The notes under the pieces: generated by a model
What the model was told of the DNA's origin: nothing
Databases searched by the model: none
The model's input: only the letters and a program-made list of their open reading frames with translations
Shown: one piece after another, positions 8,159 through 18,168 of the stretch
Layout: every line of letters begins with the position of its first letter
Position numbering within the stretch: the stretch's first letter is position 1
Program-made: the position numbers and the translations under genes
Origin: a virus
Lineage: Duplodnaviria; Caudoviricetes
DNA: 32,916 nt
Virus record (IMG/VR): IMGVR_UViG_3300032218_002106
Location: 1 to 32,916 of that record
Direction: 5' to 3' (one strand)

Positions 8159-9334
8159 ATGTCTGAATTTCTAAAAATCCAGCAAGAAGCCCGTAAGTCA
8201 GCATACGAGCAAGCTAAATCTTTGCTTGACAATGCAGCATCTGAAAAGCGTGACCTTTCAGGTGAAGAAACACAAACTTACGAGCGTATCATGGCTGACA
8301 TTGACGAAAGAGCAAAACTCATTGAGTCAATCAAGGCTACCGCAGAGCGTGAAGAAAGAGCCGCAGAAGCTGCCGCATCTTTCAAGCCTTCTGAGGACAC
8401 CCGTTCAAATGACTCTGACATTCTTCGTGCTATCGCTACTGGCGAGCGTAGAGGTTTTGAGTTTGCACCAGCATCAGAGCAGAGAACACTTGTTGGTTCA
8501 TCTAACACCGTTCCTGCTTCTTTCTACAACCAGGTATTTCAGGTTGCTCGTCTAGTTGGCCCAATGCTAACTACAAGCCAGTTGTTCAACACAACCTCTG
8601 GTGAGAACCTAACTATCCCTACCCTTACTGCTCGTTCAACTGCTGCTGTTGCTACTGCTACTGCCGCTATTGCTGCAAGCGACCCAACATTCTCATCAAT
8701 CACCCTTGGTGCATACAAGTATTCATTCCTTGTAGGCGTAGCCAATGAATTGATTGCAGATGCTGGATTCGACCTAACATCTCTAATTGCAGAACAAGCT
8801 GGTAACGAAATTGGTTACAGAGTAAACAACGACTTGACTCTAGGTACTGGAACTGTTCAGCCTACTGGTCTTTCAGTTGCAGCAGGTTCAGCCGTTACTG
8901 GTGGAACAGGTGTATCAGGTGCGTTCACTTACGACAACCTAATCGACCTTGTTTACAGCGTTGATGGTGCAGCTCGTATGATGCCTGGTGTTGGTTTCCA
9001 CATGTCAACTGCTTCTCTTGGTGTTCTTCGCAAGTTGAAGGATGGTGCAGGTAACTACATCTTCGTTCCAGGACAAGTTGGTGCGCCTGACACAGTTCTA
9101 GGTTTCCCAATCTATGAGAACCCTGCTGTTGCAGCTACCGCTACTGGTGCTAAGTCTGTTCTATTCGGTCACCTACCTTCTTACAAGGTTCGTATTGCTG
9201 GTGGAATTGACATTGCACAGTCACCTGACTATGCGTTCAACCAGGATGTTACAACATTCCGTGTGAAGATGCGTGTTGACGGTAACTTGGCTCACGCAAG
9301 CCATGTTAAGTACTTCAAGGGTGGCGCAAGCTAA
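8159..9334 (+). CDS. Major capsid protein, HK97 fold with N-terminal coiled-coil delta (scaffold) domain
   Basis: Charged helical N-terminus, FSSITLGAYK, ELIADA, GTGTVQPTG, LKDGAGNYIF, TVLGFPI and RVDG motifs. AGGAG RBS. Highly biased codon usage. Confidence 0.96.
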   Translation: MSEFLKIQQEARKSAYEQAKSLLDNAASEKRDLSGEETQTYERIMADIDERAKLIESIKATAEREERAAEAAASFKPSEDTRSNDSDILRAIATGERRGFEFAPASEQRTLVGSSNTVPASFYNQVFQVARLVGPMLTTSQLFNTTSGENLTIPTLTARSTAAVATATAAIAASDPTFSSITLGAYKYSFLVGVANELIADAGFDLTSLIAEQAGNEIGYRVNNDLTLGTGTVQPTGLSVAAGSAVTGGTGVSGAFTYDNLIDLVYSVDGAARMMPGVGFHMSTASLGVLRKLKDGAGNYIFVPGQVGAPDTVLGFPIYENPAVAATATGAKSVLFGHLPSYKVRIAGGIDIAQSPDYAFNQDVTTFRVKMRVDGNLAHASHVKYFKGGAS

Positions 9335-9350
9335 ACCTTGTCTTAAACTG

Positions 9351-9390
9351 AAAGCCCCCCTAGTGTGCGTAGGCATTAGGGGGGTTTTCT
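9351..9390 (+). terminator. Rho-independent terminator after capsid gene
   Basis: AAAGCCCCCCTAGTGT / GCATTAGGGGGGTTTT stem. Confidence 0.8.
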
Positions 9391-9428
9391 TATGCTATTC
9401 TAGTCTTACCTACTACGAAAGGCAATAA

Positions 9429-10628
9429 ATGGGAAAAATAAAGGGTGCGGTTTCAATTTTATCTAATAGTCCTTATCTACCTACTGGTTATGGTATTCAG
9501 GCTGGTTATCTTGTTGACCGTTTGAAGCGTGATGGTGTTGATGTTGCTGCTCTAAGTAATTTTGGTCTTGATGGTATTAATAGCACTTTAAAAACTCCTT
9601 ATGGTGACATTCCTCATTATGCTAGGGGTTTTGAAGCGTATTCTAATGATGTTGTTGCTATGAATCATGCTCACCATGTCGGTAATGCTAATAGGGCTTC
9701 TAAAACAAAGTTGAATGATGTTTTATTTACCCTTTATGATGTTTGGGTTTTTAAAGGGGAAGCATTTGACAGTATTAAGCAGATTGCTTCTTGGACTCCT
9801 TTAGACCATTTGACTATGCCACCTGGAGTTCTTCAATGGCTTAGGAAACCTAATGTTCTTCCTATTGCTATGTCTCCACATGGTAAGAGACAGATGGAAG
9901 AAAATGGTTTAGAGTGTGAATACATCCCTCATGTTGTTGATACTAAAGTTATGAAACCCACTCATACTGTTGCTGGTGTAGATACTCGTAAGTTTATGGG
10001 TATAGGTGAAGATGATTTTGTTGTTGGTATGAACGCAGCTAATAAGGCTTCTGGCATGATTCACCGTAAGGCTTTCGCTGAGAACATTATGGCTTTCAGT
10101 ATTTTTGCTAAGAATCGGCCTGATGCAAAACTTTATTTACATACAGACCCTTTTGGTGGTGCTGGTGGCTGGAATTTGTTTGTTCTTTGTGAATCTTTAG
10201 GGTTGAAGCGTGAACAGGTTATTTTTCCTGACATTGCAGATTATCGTTATGGTATTAGTCAAGAGATACTTGCCGCCTACTATACGGCTATGGATGTAAT
10301 GTTAACGCCTTCTTTTGGGGAAGGATTTGGTGTTCCCACCATAGAAAGCCAATCCTGTGGGACACCCGTAATTGGCTCTAATTGGGCTGCAACGCCTGAC
10401 CTTGTATCTGAAGATTCGTATTTAGTTGATGGGCAACCTGCTTGGGATGCTGGACAGAACTCTTGGTGGCAGACTCCTTCTATTCCTGCTATAACTAATG
10501 CTCTTGAAACTGCTTACGCTAATAAAGGTAAAAAGTCTGAAAAGAGTATTGAGTTTGCTAAACAGTTTGATGTTGATAATGTTTGGACTAAAGACTGGCT
10601 ACCTTTGTGGAAAAAACTTCTTGCATGA
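9429..10628 (+). CDS. Glycosyltransferase, GT-B fold (GT4-like)
   Basis: N-terminal PTGYG and C-terminal YTAMDVMLTPSFGEGFGVPTIESQSCGTPVIGS (E-x7-E signature). Confidence 0.92.
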   Translation: MGKIKGAVSILSNSPYLPTGYGIQAGYLVDRLKRDGVDVAALSNFGLDGINSTLKTPYGDIPHYARGFEAYSNDVVAMNHAHHVGNANRASKTKLNDVLFTLYDVWVFKGEAFDSIKQIASWTPLDHLTMPPGVLQWLRKPNVLPIAMSPHGKRQMEENGLECEYIPHVVDTKVMKPTHTVAGVDTRKFMGIGEDDFVVGMNAANKASGMIHRKAFAENIMAFSIFAKNRPDAKLYLHTDPFGGAGGWNLFVLCESLGLKREQVIFPDIADYRYGISQEILAAYYTAMDVMLTPSFGEGFGVPTIESQSCGTPVIGSNWAATPDLVSEDSYLVDGQPAWDAGQNSWWQTPSIPAITNALETAYANKGKKSEKSIEFAKQFDVDNVWTKDWLPLWKKLLA

Positions 10629-11272
10629 TACCTGTTTTGGGTTTTCTTACACTTAAACGCTTTGATTTGGCAGATAGATTACTTGCAAGCATTGACTATC
10701 CTGTTGAAGATTTAATTATTATAGATAATTCGGGTAAGCGTGAGTATCAACCTGTAAAACCTGAATTGGTTAAGCGAATGTGGTTTATTCAAGTTCCTCA
10801 TGGCTTAGGTTATGGTGGTGGTTTGAATTTAATTATTAAATCTACACCGTTTGCCCCGTACTGGGTTTTATTGAATGATGATAGTGTGCTTGCGCCTGGT
10901 GCTTTGCAGAAGATTGCTGAAGAAGCTGACCCTAATACCATCAATTTTTTGACTATTATGCCTAAATGGTCTGGCTTTGTTTTGGGTGAAAAAGTTGTTA
11001 AAGATGTTGGTTTGTTTGATGAGCGTTTTCATCCTATCTATTTTGAAGATAACGATTATGAACGCAGGTTACAGAATGCTGGTTTTGAAGCCAATTTTAT
11101 TCATGCTATTTTATCGCATGACAATAGTTCTACTTTGGCTACTGGCTTTCATAGTCAAAATAACATTACTTTTAACCGTAATCACATGCTTTACATTAAA
11201 AAAGAAAATGAAGAAGATTTTTCTGAAGGTAATTGGTCTTTACAGATTAGGCGGGATAATTCGTGGGAGTAG
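10625..11272 (+). CDS. Glycosyltransferase, GT-A fold (GT2-like)
   Basis: IIIDNS, LLNDD and VGLFDERFHPIYFEDNDY motifs. ATGA overlap gives start 10625. Confidence 0.9.
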   Translation: MIPVLGFLTLKRFDLADRLLASIDYPVEDLIIIDNSGKREYQPVKPELVKRMWFIQVPHGLGYGGGLNLIIKSTPFAPYWVLLNDDSVLAPGALQKIAEEADPNTINFLTIMPKWSGFVLGEKVVKDVGLFDERFHPIYFEDNDYERRLQNAGFEANFIHAILSHDNSSTLATGFHSQNNITFNRNHMLYIKKENEEDFSEGNWSLQIRRDNSWE

Positions 11273-11706
11273 TTTATACGGGTGGCACTTTTGACTTGTT
11301 TCATTCGGGTCATGTAGCGTTTTTGCGGTCTTGTAAGCGTATTGCTGGTGTGGATGGGCGTGTGATTGTTAGTTTGAATACTGACGAGTTTATTTATGCC
11401 TATAAGGGTAAAGCGCCTGTAATGTCGTTTGATGAGCGTAAATCGGTGTTGATGGCTTGTAGGTATGTGGATAGTGTTGTGGCTAATGTTGGTAATGAGG
11501 ATTCTAAAGTTGCGATAGAGAATGTTTTACCTGATTTTGTGGTTATTGGTGATGATTGGGCTAAGAAGGATTATTATAAGCAAATGCAGTTTACTCAGGC
11601 TTGGTTGGATGAGAATAAGATTCAACTTTGTTATGTTCCTTATACTTTTGGGGTTAGTTCTACTGACATCAAAGCCCGTATAGTAAATGACGCTAAAATT
11701 GGTTAA
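11263..11706 (+). CDS. Cytidylyltransferase-family nucleotidyltransferase (TagD/RfaE-like)
   Basis: YTGGTFDLFHSGH (HxGH), ACRYVDSVV, GDDW and PYTFGVSSTDIK motifs. Confidence 0.92.
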   Translation: MGVVYTGGTFDLFHSGHVAFLRSCKRIAGVDGRVIVSLNTDEFIYAYKGKAPVMSFDERKSVLMACRYVDSVVANVGNEDSKVAIENVLPDFVVIGDDWAKKDYYKQMQFTQAWLDENKIQLCYVPYTFGVSSTDIKARIVNDAKIG

Positions 11707-11724
11707 TAAAGACTAGGAGTTCTT

Positions 11725-12336
11725 GTGCCTGTTATAAATGGTTATGCTGCTTTAAACGACCTTAAAACCGCACTTCGTATTCAGGATGGCGTAGATGATT
11801 CTCTATTGGAGATTGCTTTAGAATCTGCTTCACGCTTAATTGATGAGTACACTATGCGTAATTTCTATAACGCTGGTACAGCTACTAGAGTTTTTGTGCC
11901 TAGTGATGATGACTGTGTTGCTATTGATGACCTTATTTCTTTGTCTAGTATCTCTGTTTCTACTTTGCTAAATAAAACTTATGACCAGACTTGGACTACT
12001 GCCGAGTATCAGTTAGAGCCTTTAAATAGTGTTGTTGATGGTCTTTCTGGTTGGCCTTATACTCGTATTCGTGCTGTGGGTGTTTGGGAGTTTCCTTATG
12101 ATGAAGATGATGAGATAGCAACTGTACAGATTACAGGTGTTTGGGGCTGGAGTGCTGTTCCTACGGCTGTAAAACAGGCAACCATCATTCAGGCTATGCG
12201 TATCTTTAAACGCCTTGATTCGCCTTTAGGAGTCATTTCTAGCCCTGATACGGGTTACTTTAGGGTATCTAGCCGTATTGACCCTGATGTGGCTATGTTG
12301 CTTAATTCGTATCGTAGAACAAGGCATCTAGGTTAA
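11725..12336 (+). CDS. Head-to-tail adaptor (HK97 gp6/SPP1 gp15-like)
   Basis: YAALNDLK...DDSLLEIALESASRLID, WGWSAVPTAVKQA and LLNSYRR motifs. AGGAG RBS with GTG start. Confidence 0.85.
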   Translation: MPVINGYAALNDLKTALRIQDGVDDSLLEIALESASRLIDEYTMRNFYNAGTATRVFVPSDDDCVAIDDLISLSSISVSTLLNKTYDQTWTTAEYQLEPLNSVVDGLSGWPYTRIRAVGVWEFPYDEDDEIATVQITGVWGWSAVPTAVKQATIIQAMRIFKRLDSPLGVISSPDTGYFRVSSRIDPDVAMLLNSYRRTRHLG

Positions 12337-12743
12337 TGGCTAGTCTTAGCGATTTGCGTGAAGGTATTGCAGAAAACCTTTCAACTATTGTTGGTTTGAG
12401 GGTTTCTAGTTTTGTGCCAGATAACCCTAATGCACCTATGGCTGTCGTTTCTCCACAAGGTATTGAATACCACAAGTCTTTTGCTAATGGTTTTAATACC
12501 TACAACTTCTCTGTTGCTGTTTTTGTTGCTAGAGTTTCTGAGCGTACGGGTCAAAATAGTCTTGATGCCTATTGTTCTTCTACTGGTTCATCTAGTATAA
12601 AAAGTGCGATAGAATCAGATAGGACACTAGCAGGTCGTTGTTTTGATTTGATAGTATCTGACATGAGTAACTACGGCTCAGTCATAATCGGTGAAAATAC
12701 ATATCTAACAGCAGAGTTTAGCTGTGCTGTTCAAGCAAATTAG
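12336..12743 (+). CDS. Putative tail terminator/neck protein
   Basis: Size and position directly before the tail tube gene. AIESDRTLAG motif. Confidence 0.6.
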   Translation: MASLSDLREGIAENLSTIVGLRVSSFVPDNPNAPMAVVSPQGIEYHKSFANGFNTYNFSVAVFVARVSERTGQNSLDAYCSSTGSSSIKSAIESDRTLAGRCFDLIVSDMSNYGSVIIGENTYLTAEFSCAVQAN

Positions 12744-12754
12744 GAGAACATACT

Positions 12755-13168
12755 GTGGCAGTTTATGCAGCAACAGACCACAAGATTACGCTTAACGGAA
12801 CAGACCTTTCAAATGTTCTCCAGAGCGTAAGCCTTGATATTAGTGCAGATGAAATTGAAACAACCGCTTTTGGTGGTGGCTGGAGAACCCGTATCGCTGG
12901 TTTGAAGTCAGGGTCTGTAACCCTAAACTTCTTCCAAGATTTTGGTGCATCTTCAGTTGATGCGACTATTGCACCATTATTTACTGCTGGTTCTTTTGGA
13001 ACAGTAGTTGTGAAGCCAACATCTTCAGCAACTTCAGCAACCAATCCCGCATGGACAGCAGTATGTCTTGTGAGCCAGTACCAGCCATTCTCGGCATCAG
13101 TCGGGGATATAGCTACATTATCCGTTACATGGCCAACATCAGGTACTGTAACTCGTGCAACAGCCTAA
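12755..13168 (+). CDS. Major tail (tube) protein
   Basis: IETTAFG...RIAGLKSGSVTLNF motif. Followed by a frameshifting chaperone. AGGAG RBS. Confidence 0.85.
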   Translation: MAVYAATDHKITLNGTDLSNVLQSVSLDISADEIETTAFGGGWRTRIAGLKSGSVTLNFFQDFGASSVDATIAPLFTAGSFGTVVVKPTSSATSATNPAWTAVCLVSQYQPFSASVGDIATLSVTWPTSGTVTRATA

Positions 13169-13184
13169 TAACTAAGGAAAACAA

Positions 13185-13436
13185 TTGAAATTAAACCTAC
13201 GCATTGAATTTGTTTCTGGTGAAGAAAAAGAAATTACTTGTTCAGCATCTGACATAGTTAAGTTTGAAACTAAATTTGACTTGTCGGTTGCTGTACTAGA
13301 AGCTAATGTTAAATTAACTCACCTATTGTTTTTAGCTTGGTCATCTGAAGCTCGCACTAAATCAACTACCAAAGAATTTGATAATTGGATTGATGATGTT
13401 GCTTCTATTAAGGCGAGTGAAACAGACCCAAAATAA
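13185..13436 (+). CDS. Tail assembly chaperone (G-like)
   Basis: Position after the tail tube gene. Ends at the slippery GAC CCA AAA TAA. Confidence 0.85.
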   Translation: MKLNLRIEFVSGEEKEITCSASDIVKFETKFDLSVAVLEANVKLTHLLFLAWSSEARTKSTTKEFDNWIDDVASIKASETDPK

Positions 13437-13591
13437 CTGGATTAGGCGATAATTCTGCTCATTGGTATATCGCTTCTCTTGCAGTTGAAACAGGTATTAG
13501 CCCTAATCTTTTATTAGAGTGTAGTGACCGTATGCTTTGGACTATGGGGCGTTACATTGTTTGGCGAAGTCAGGAACAATCTAAGAGATAG
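13185..13591 (+). CDS. Tail assembly chaperone, -1 frameshift product (GT-like)
   Basis: Slippery heptamer CCCAAAA at 13427-13433. The -1 frame stays open (ITGLGDNSAHWYIASLAVETGISP...) to TAG 13589-13591. Confidence 0.85.
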
Positions 13592-13615
13592 AATATAAGA
13601 GATTGGTGGTGACTT

Positions 13616-14284
13616 ATGGGAGTTTTAGTTCAACAAGGTAATCGTTATGGATTATATGTTACTGATTATCGTGACCTTATTCGTGAGTTAAACCGAATCC
13701 AACCTAGTCTTGTTAAAGATATGCAAAAAGAGTATAAGGTTATTGCTAAACCTGTGCAGTCTGCTGTTAAAACGGCTATTCCTTCTAACCCACCAACTTC
13801 GGGTATTCACAAAAAAAGACCTCAGCGTACTGTTTCTGGTTTTTATCCTAGAGCATTACCTGGGCGTGAAACTTGGTCATCTAATGCGGAAAATAAAAAT
13901 ATACCTGTTAAAAGCGTTTTAATTCAAACTCCTAGTGCTACTAAGGCTAGTCGTAATGCTAGAAGATTTGGTGCTGCTTCTATTGCTCGTTTGGCAGTTA
14001 GAAACCCTGGTCTTGTTATTGCTGATATGGCTGGTAAAACTAATAAGGTAACAGGTAAGAAACCTTTATCTAGAAAATATAAATACACTAAGCGTAATGG
14101 TTCTGTTTATGAGAGACAGCATAGGCTTAATGGTCAAGGTCGGGCTATGATTCGGGCTTTAGGTGGTACATCTTCTCGTTATATTTGGCCAGCTGCTGAG
14201 AGAGCAGTTCCAGCAACTTTTAATAAAACTAATGCAGTTTTACAAAGAGGTTACGACAAAATTAACCGAAGGATGGCTTCGTAA
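13616..14284 (+). CDS. Basic virion morphogenesis protein (HK97 gp10-like, putative)
   Basis: Arg/Lys-rich. DLIRELNRI at the N-terminus and SRYIWPAAE near the C-terminus. Coupled to the tape measure gene. Confidence 0.55.
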   Translation: MGVLVQQGNRYGLYVTDYRDLIRELNRIQPSLVKDMQKEYKVIAKPVQSAVKTAIPSNPPTSGIHKKRPQRTVSGFYPRALPGRETWSSNAENKNIPVKSVLIQTPSATKASRNARRFGAASIARLAVRNPGLVIADMAGKTNKVTGKKPLSRKYKYTKRNGSVYERQHRLNGQGRAMIRALGGTSSRYIWPAAERAVPATFNKTNAVLQRGYDKINRRMAS

Positions 14285-16464
14285 TGGCTGGCTCTATTTT
14301 TATTCCTTTAATTACCGTCTTTAATGATAAGGGTATTAAAGATGCTAAAGGTGGTTTAGCTGCTGTCGGTGCAATGATGAAAAACATGAAGGGGGCAATT
14401 GTTGCAACCGCTGCTGCTGCCGCTGCTAATGGTATAAGTGATTTTGTTAAAGAGTCTGTTTCTTCTGCTCGTGACTTGGAATCAAGTTATGTTGGTTTAA
14501 GTGGTATGTATGGTTCTTTATCCCCTCAGATGAAGCAGTTTACTAAAGATGCTCAGGCTATCGGTTTAAGCCAACTTGATGCTAGTCGTGCTGTAACCTT
14601 TTTGGGTGGTTCTTTAAGTGCTACTGGTTTGCCTATGGCCGAAGTTGGCGATAAAACTAAAAAACTTATTGGTATAGGTGCTGACTTGGCAGCTACCTTT
14701 GGTTTGCCTATGGATGAAGCTATTAAAGGTATTGGTGCTACTTTTCGTGGTGAGTATGACCCTATTGAGCGTTTTGGTGTTGCTATTAAACAGGCTCAGG
14801 TTAATGCTTTGTTGGTTACTCGTGGTCAAAAGGGTCTTACTGGTTCGTTGTTAGCTTCTGCTCAGGCTCAGGCTCGTTACGATTTGCTTGTTAAGGCTAC
14901 TGCTAAGAGCCAAGGTAATTATGCTAAACAAACGGGAAGTCTTTATGTTCAGCAACAAAATTTAAATGCTGCAATGGAAAATATGAAGGCTAGTGTTGGT
15001 AGTAGTTTGACTGGCCCGTTGGCTCTTTTATTATCATCATTAATGCCAGTAATTGAGTTATTAGGTAAAACTCTTGGACCAATATTTGAAGATTTAGGAA
15101 AAGTTATAACAAGTTTCGCGCCTGTATTTGCACCTTTAATTGAAACAATTTTGTTAGTATTTGATGCTATTACACCTCTTCTTGATGTTCTTGTTTCTTT
15201 ACACAAATCTGCTATATCACCATTAGTAATAGCGTTTAAAATACTTAATCAAATTTTAAAACCAATCATACCTTTAATTAGATTTTTGGCGTATGTTATT
15301 GGTTCTGTTTTAAGCCCAATTCTTACTGTTTTTTCAGTTACATTAGATTTTGTACTTTTACTTATTTCTAAACTTTTTGATGCTCTTGGTTCAATTCCTT
15401 TTGTTGGTGATTTCTTCAAAAATGCTAATGATGGTATGAAAACTTTTATTGATGGTATGGCTTCAATTCCAGATAAAGTTACTGGCTTACAAATGCCAGA
15501 AAATAAGATGGCTTCAGAATTAGCTGGTGTTTTACCTCAACCAAATGTTGATTCAAATAAAAAGGCTTTAGATGCTATAACTAAAAATACTAAAAAAGCT
15601 GCTCAAAAGATGACTGACCTTTTAAATAGTGCTTTAACTATTCAAAAGAACATTATGAGTTCTGCTGATATTACGGGTCTTTTAGATAAAACTTCTAATG
15701 ACATTGTTGAATCTGTTATTTATTTGGATGGCAAATTTAAAACTGTTATTTCAAGTGTTAAGACTGGTTCAACTGATTTGGTTTCTGCTTTTAAAACTAA
15801 TTTGACTAAAATCAAAACTTTTTATGCTAATTTAAATAAGTTGACTGCTATGGGTCTTGATGCTGGGTTAATTGAGCAAATTACTTCGGCTGGCCCTGAT
15901 GCTGGTAATGCTACTGCTGAAGCTATTGTTGCTTCGGGTAAGACTGGTGTTACTAGTTTAAATAAGACTTTTAAGGAAATTAAAACTATTTCAGGTAACA
16001 TTGGCGCTAAAGTTGCTACATACATGGAGAAAACTGGTAATGATATCGGTAATGGTCTTATTGATGGTATTAAGGCTCAGGCTGATGCTTTGAATAGTGC
16101 TGTTGAAAATATGGGTAAAGATGCTGCTGAAGTGTTTAAAACAGCAGTTAATAAGGGTATGGCTGGTGCTTGGAGTACGGCTGTTTCGTTTAAATCTTCT
16201 GTTATTGCTGGAGACCCTGGCTATCAAAATAATTTTGGTATGGGTAACTTTACTTACAAAAATGCTTCTGCTATTACTAATCCGTTTAATGCACAAAAAA
16301 ATCCTCATGCTTATTCTAAATTTAATCAAGCTCAGCAACAGGCTTCTCAATATAATATTGATATTAAAGTTGCACCTGGTGCTAGTGGCGCTCAAATTGG
16401 TCAGGCTTTAGTAAATGCTATTCAAGAGTATGAAAGAGTAAAGGGTATTAAATGGCGGCAATAA
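14284..16464 (+). CDS. Tape measure protein
   Basis: Longest ORF, Ala/Gly-rich helical, RGEYDPIERFGV motif, amphipathic central repeats. Confidence 0.93.
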   Translation: MAGSIFIPLITVFNDKGIKDAKGGLAAVGAMMKNMKGAIVATAAAAAANGISDFVKESVSSARDLESSYVGLSGMYGSLSPQMKQFTKDAQAIGLSQLDASRAVTFLGGSLSATGLPMAEVGDKTKKLIGIGADLAATFGLPMDEAIKGIGATFRGEYDPIERFGVAIKQAQVNALLVTRGQKGLTGSLLASAQAQARYDLLVKATAKSQGNYAKQTGSLYVQQQNLNAAMENMKASVGSSLTGPLALLLSSLMPVIELLGKTLGPIFEDLGKVITSFAPVFAPLIETILLVFDAITPLLDVLVSLHKSAISPLVIAFKILNQILKPIIPLIRFLAYVIGSVLSPILTVFSVTLDFVLLLISKLFDALGSIPFVGDFFKNANDGMKTFIDGMASIPDKVTGLQMPENKMASELAGVLPQPNVDSNKKALDAITKNTKKAAQKMTDLLNSALTIQKNIMSSADITGLLDKTSNDIVESVIYLDGKFKTVISSVKTGSTDLVSAFKTNLTKIKTFYANLNKLTAMGLDAGLIEQITSAGPDAGNATAEAIVASGKTGVTSLNKTFKEIKTISGNIGAKVATYMEKTGNDIGNGLIDGIKAQADALNSAVENMGKDAAEVFKTAVNKGMAGAWSTAVSFKSSVIAGDPGYQNNFGMGNFTYKNASAITNPFNAQKNPHAYSKFNQAQQQASQYNIDIKVAPGASGAQIGQALVNAIQEYERVKGIKWRQ

Positions 16465-16467
16465 ATA

Positions 16468-17661
16468 ATGACTATTAATAGGGTAACTGTTAGTATTAGT
16501 AATTCTACTGGTAGTTGGAGTCTTACTGATTATGTTTTAAATGTAGATATTTCTTTAGGTAAAAATGCTGCACTTGATAGTTATGAACCTGGAACTTGTA
16601 CAGTTTCTTTAAAGAATTTTAATCGAGAATTTGACCCATTAAATACAAGTTCTAGTTTTTATGGTGCTATTTTACCTAAAAATACAGATGTTGATATTGT
16701 CTTAAATGGTTCGTATCGTATTTTTACTGGAAATATTGATGATTTTTCTTTTGATTATAATGTTTCTAATGAATCTACTGTAACTTTCAATGCTTCAGAA
16801 TTTAGTTCTATTTTTGTTAAACAAAATCTTTTTTCTACTAGTTTTCCACAAGAATATAGTGGTTCTCGTGTTTCAAGAGTTTTAGATGATGATGGTGTAG
16901 CTTATTCAACGGCTGTTGGTGCTAGGACTATTTATCCTGGAACGCAATTACTTGATGCTGATACTAATTGTTTTGGTGTTAATGCTTTAGATTATTTAAA
17001 AAACATTGAAATATCTGAACAAGGGTCTTTTTACTATAATAGTGATGGGACTTTTTGGTTTGACGATAATAGTGTTAGTTTGACTTCAACGGGCGTTGAA
17101 CTTTTTACTGATGATGGTGCTTTAAATTATTCTTATGGTGCAGGTGTTGATTCTTACCCTTATACTGCAATAGATATTAGTTACACTTCTCAACTTTTAT
17201 ATAATAGAATTAATGTCAATTCTAATGATGGTTTATCAACTGTTACTGCTGATGAATCTAATTCTCAAAATACCTACGATAAATCTCTTTTAACTGTTGA
17301 CGGGATTCTGTATAATGATTCAACTCGTTTACTTAACTTAGCTTCTTATTTAACTAGTAAATATTCGCAACCTGAATATCGTATTAATTCTGTAACTGTT
17401 AATTATGGTGGTTTATCTACTGCTATACAAAATAGGTTAGCTCTTAAACTTCAAAATGTTAATGTCTTTGCTAAGGTTCGTTTTACTCCTAACAAAGTAG
17501 GTACTGCTATTGAGAAATATGTGCGTATTATTGGCATTAAACATAGTATTTCACCTAGTAGTCATGAAATTAATTATATGTTTGAAAGTATTAAAACACC
17601 CAATTTGGTTCTTGATGATACTGAATTTGGTAAACTAGATACTGGTAGATTAGGACTTTAA
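16468..17661 (+). CDS. Minor tail / baseplate hub protein
   Basis: Directly after TMP. GTCTVSLKN...FDP and IFTGNIDD motifs. Confidence 0.7.
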   Translation: MTINRVTVSISNSTGSWSLTDYVLNVDISLGKNAALDSYEPGTCTVSLKNFNREFDPLNTSSSFYGAILPKNTDVDIVLNGSYRIFTGNIDDFSFDYNVSNESTVTFNASEFSSIFVKQNLFSTSFPQEYSGSRVSRVLDDDGVAYSTAVGARTIYPGTQLLDADTNCFGVNALDYLKNIEISEQGSFYYNSDGTFWFDDNSVSLTSTGVELFTDDGALNYSYGAGVDSYPYTAIDISYTSQLLYNRINVNSNDGLSTVTADESNSQNTYDKSLLTVDGILYNDSTRLLNLASYLTSKYSQPEYRINSVTVNYGGLSTAIQNRLALKLQNVNVFAKVRFTPNKVGTAIEKYVRIIGIKHSISPSSHEINYMFESIKTPNLVLDDTEFGKLDTGRLGL

Positions 17662-17670
17662 GGAGATATT

Positions 17671-18168
17671 ATGGCTGGTTCAGGTAGAAAAACTTTTGCT
17701 GCGGGCGCTGTTTTGAGTGCTTCGGATGTTCAAAATTATTTGCAAGACCAATCTGTTATGGTTTTTGCTACGACTGCTGCTCGTACTAGCGCTATTTCTA
17801 GTCCTACTGAGGGTATGGTCACTTATATAAAGGATGTTGACCAAGTTCAAACTTATAATGGTACTTCTTGGTTTCCGCAGTCTTATGCTCAATCTGCTGG
17901 TTCAACTACTAGCGGTGCTGGTGGTGCAGTTACAGTTACTTTTCCTTCAGGTCGTTTTAGTGTTGCACCTATTGTTACAGCAAGTATTGTTGCGACTACT
18001 GCTAAACCTGAATTTGTTGTGATTACTGCTGTTACTTCTACTGGCTTTACAGCTACAACTTATGTCTCTAATAGTTCTTCAAGCCCTTTTAATGATTTAA
18101 TTACTGGTACTAGTAGAACTGTTCATTGGAATGCTGTTCAAATGACTGGTACGGCAGCGGCTGGCTAA
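17671..18168 (+). CDS. Minor tail protein with C-terminal lectin-like beta-sandwich
   Basis: KTFAAGAVLSASDVQNYL, SPTEGMVTY and VTFPSGRFSVAPIV motifs. AGGAG RBS. Confidence 0.7.
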   Translation: MAGSGRKTFAAGAVLSASDVQNYLQDQSVMVFATTAARTSAISSPTEGMVTYIKDVDQVQTYNGTSWFPQSYAQSAGSTTSGAGGAVTVTFPSGRFSVAPIVTASIVATTAKPEFVVITAVTSTGFTATTYVSNSSSSPFNDLITGTSRTVHWNAVQMTGTAAAG

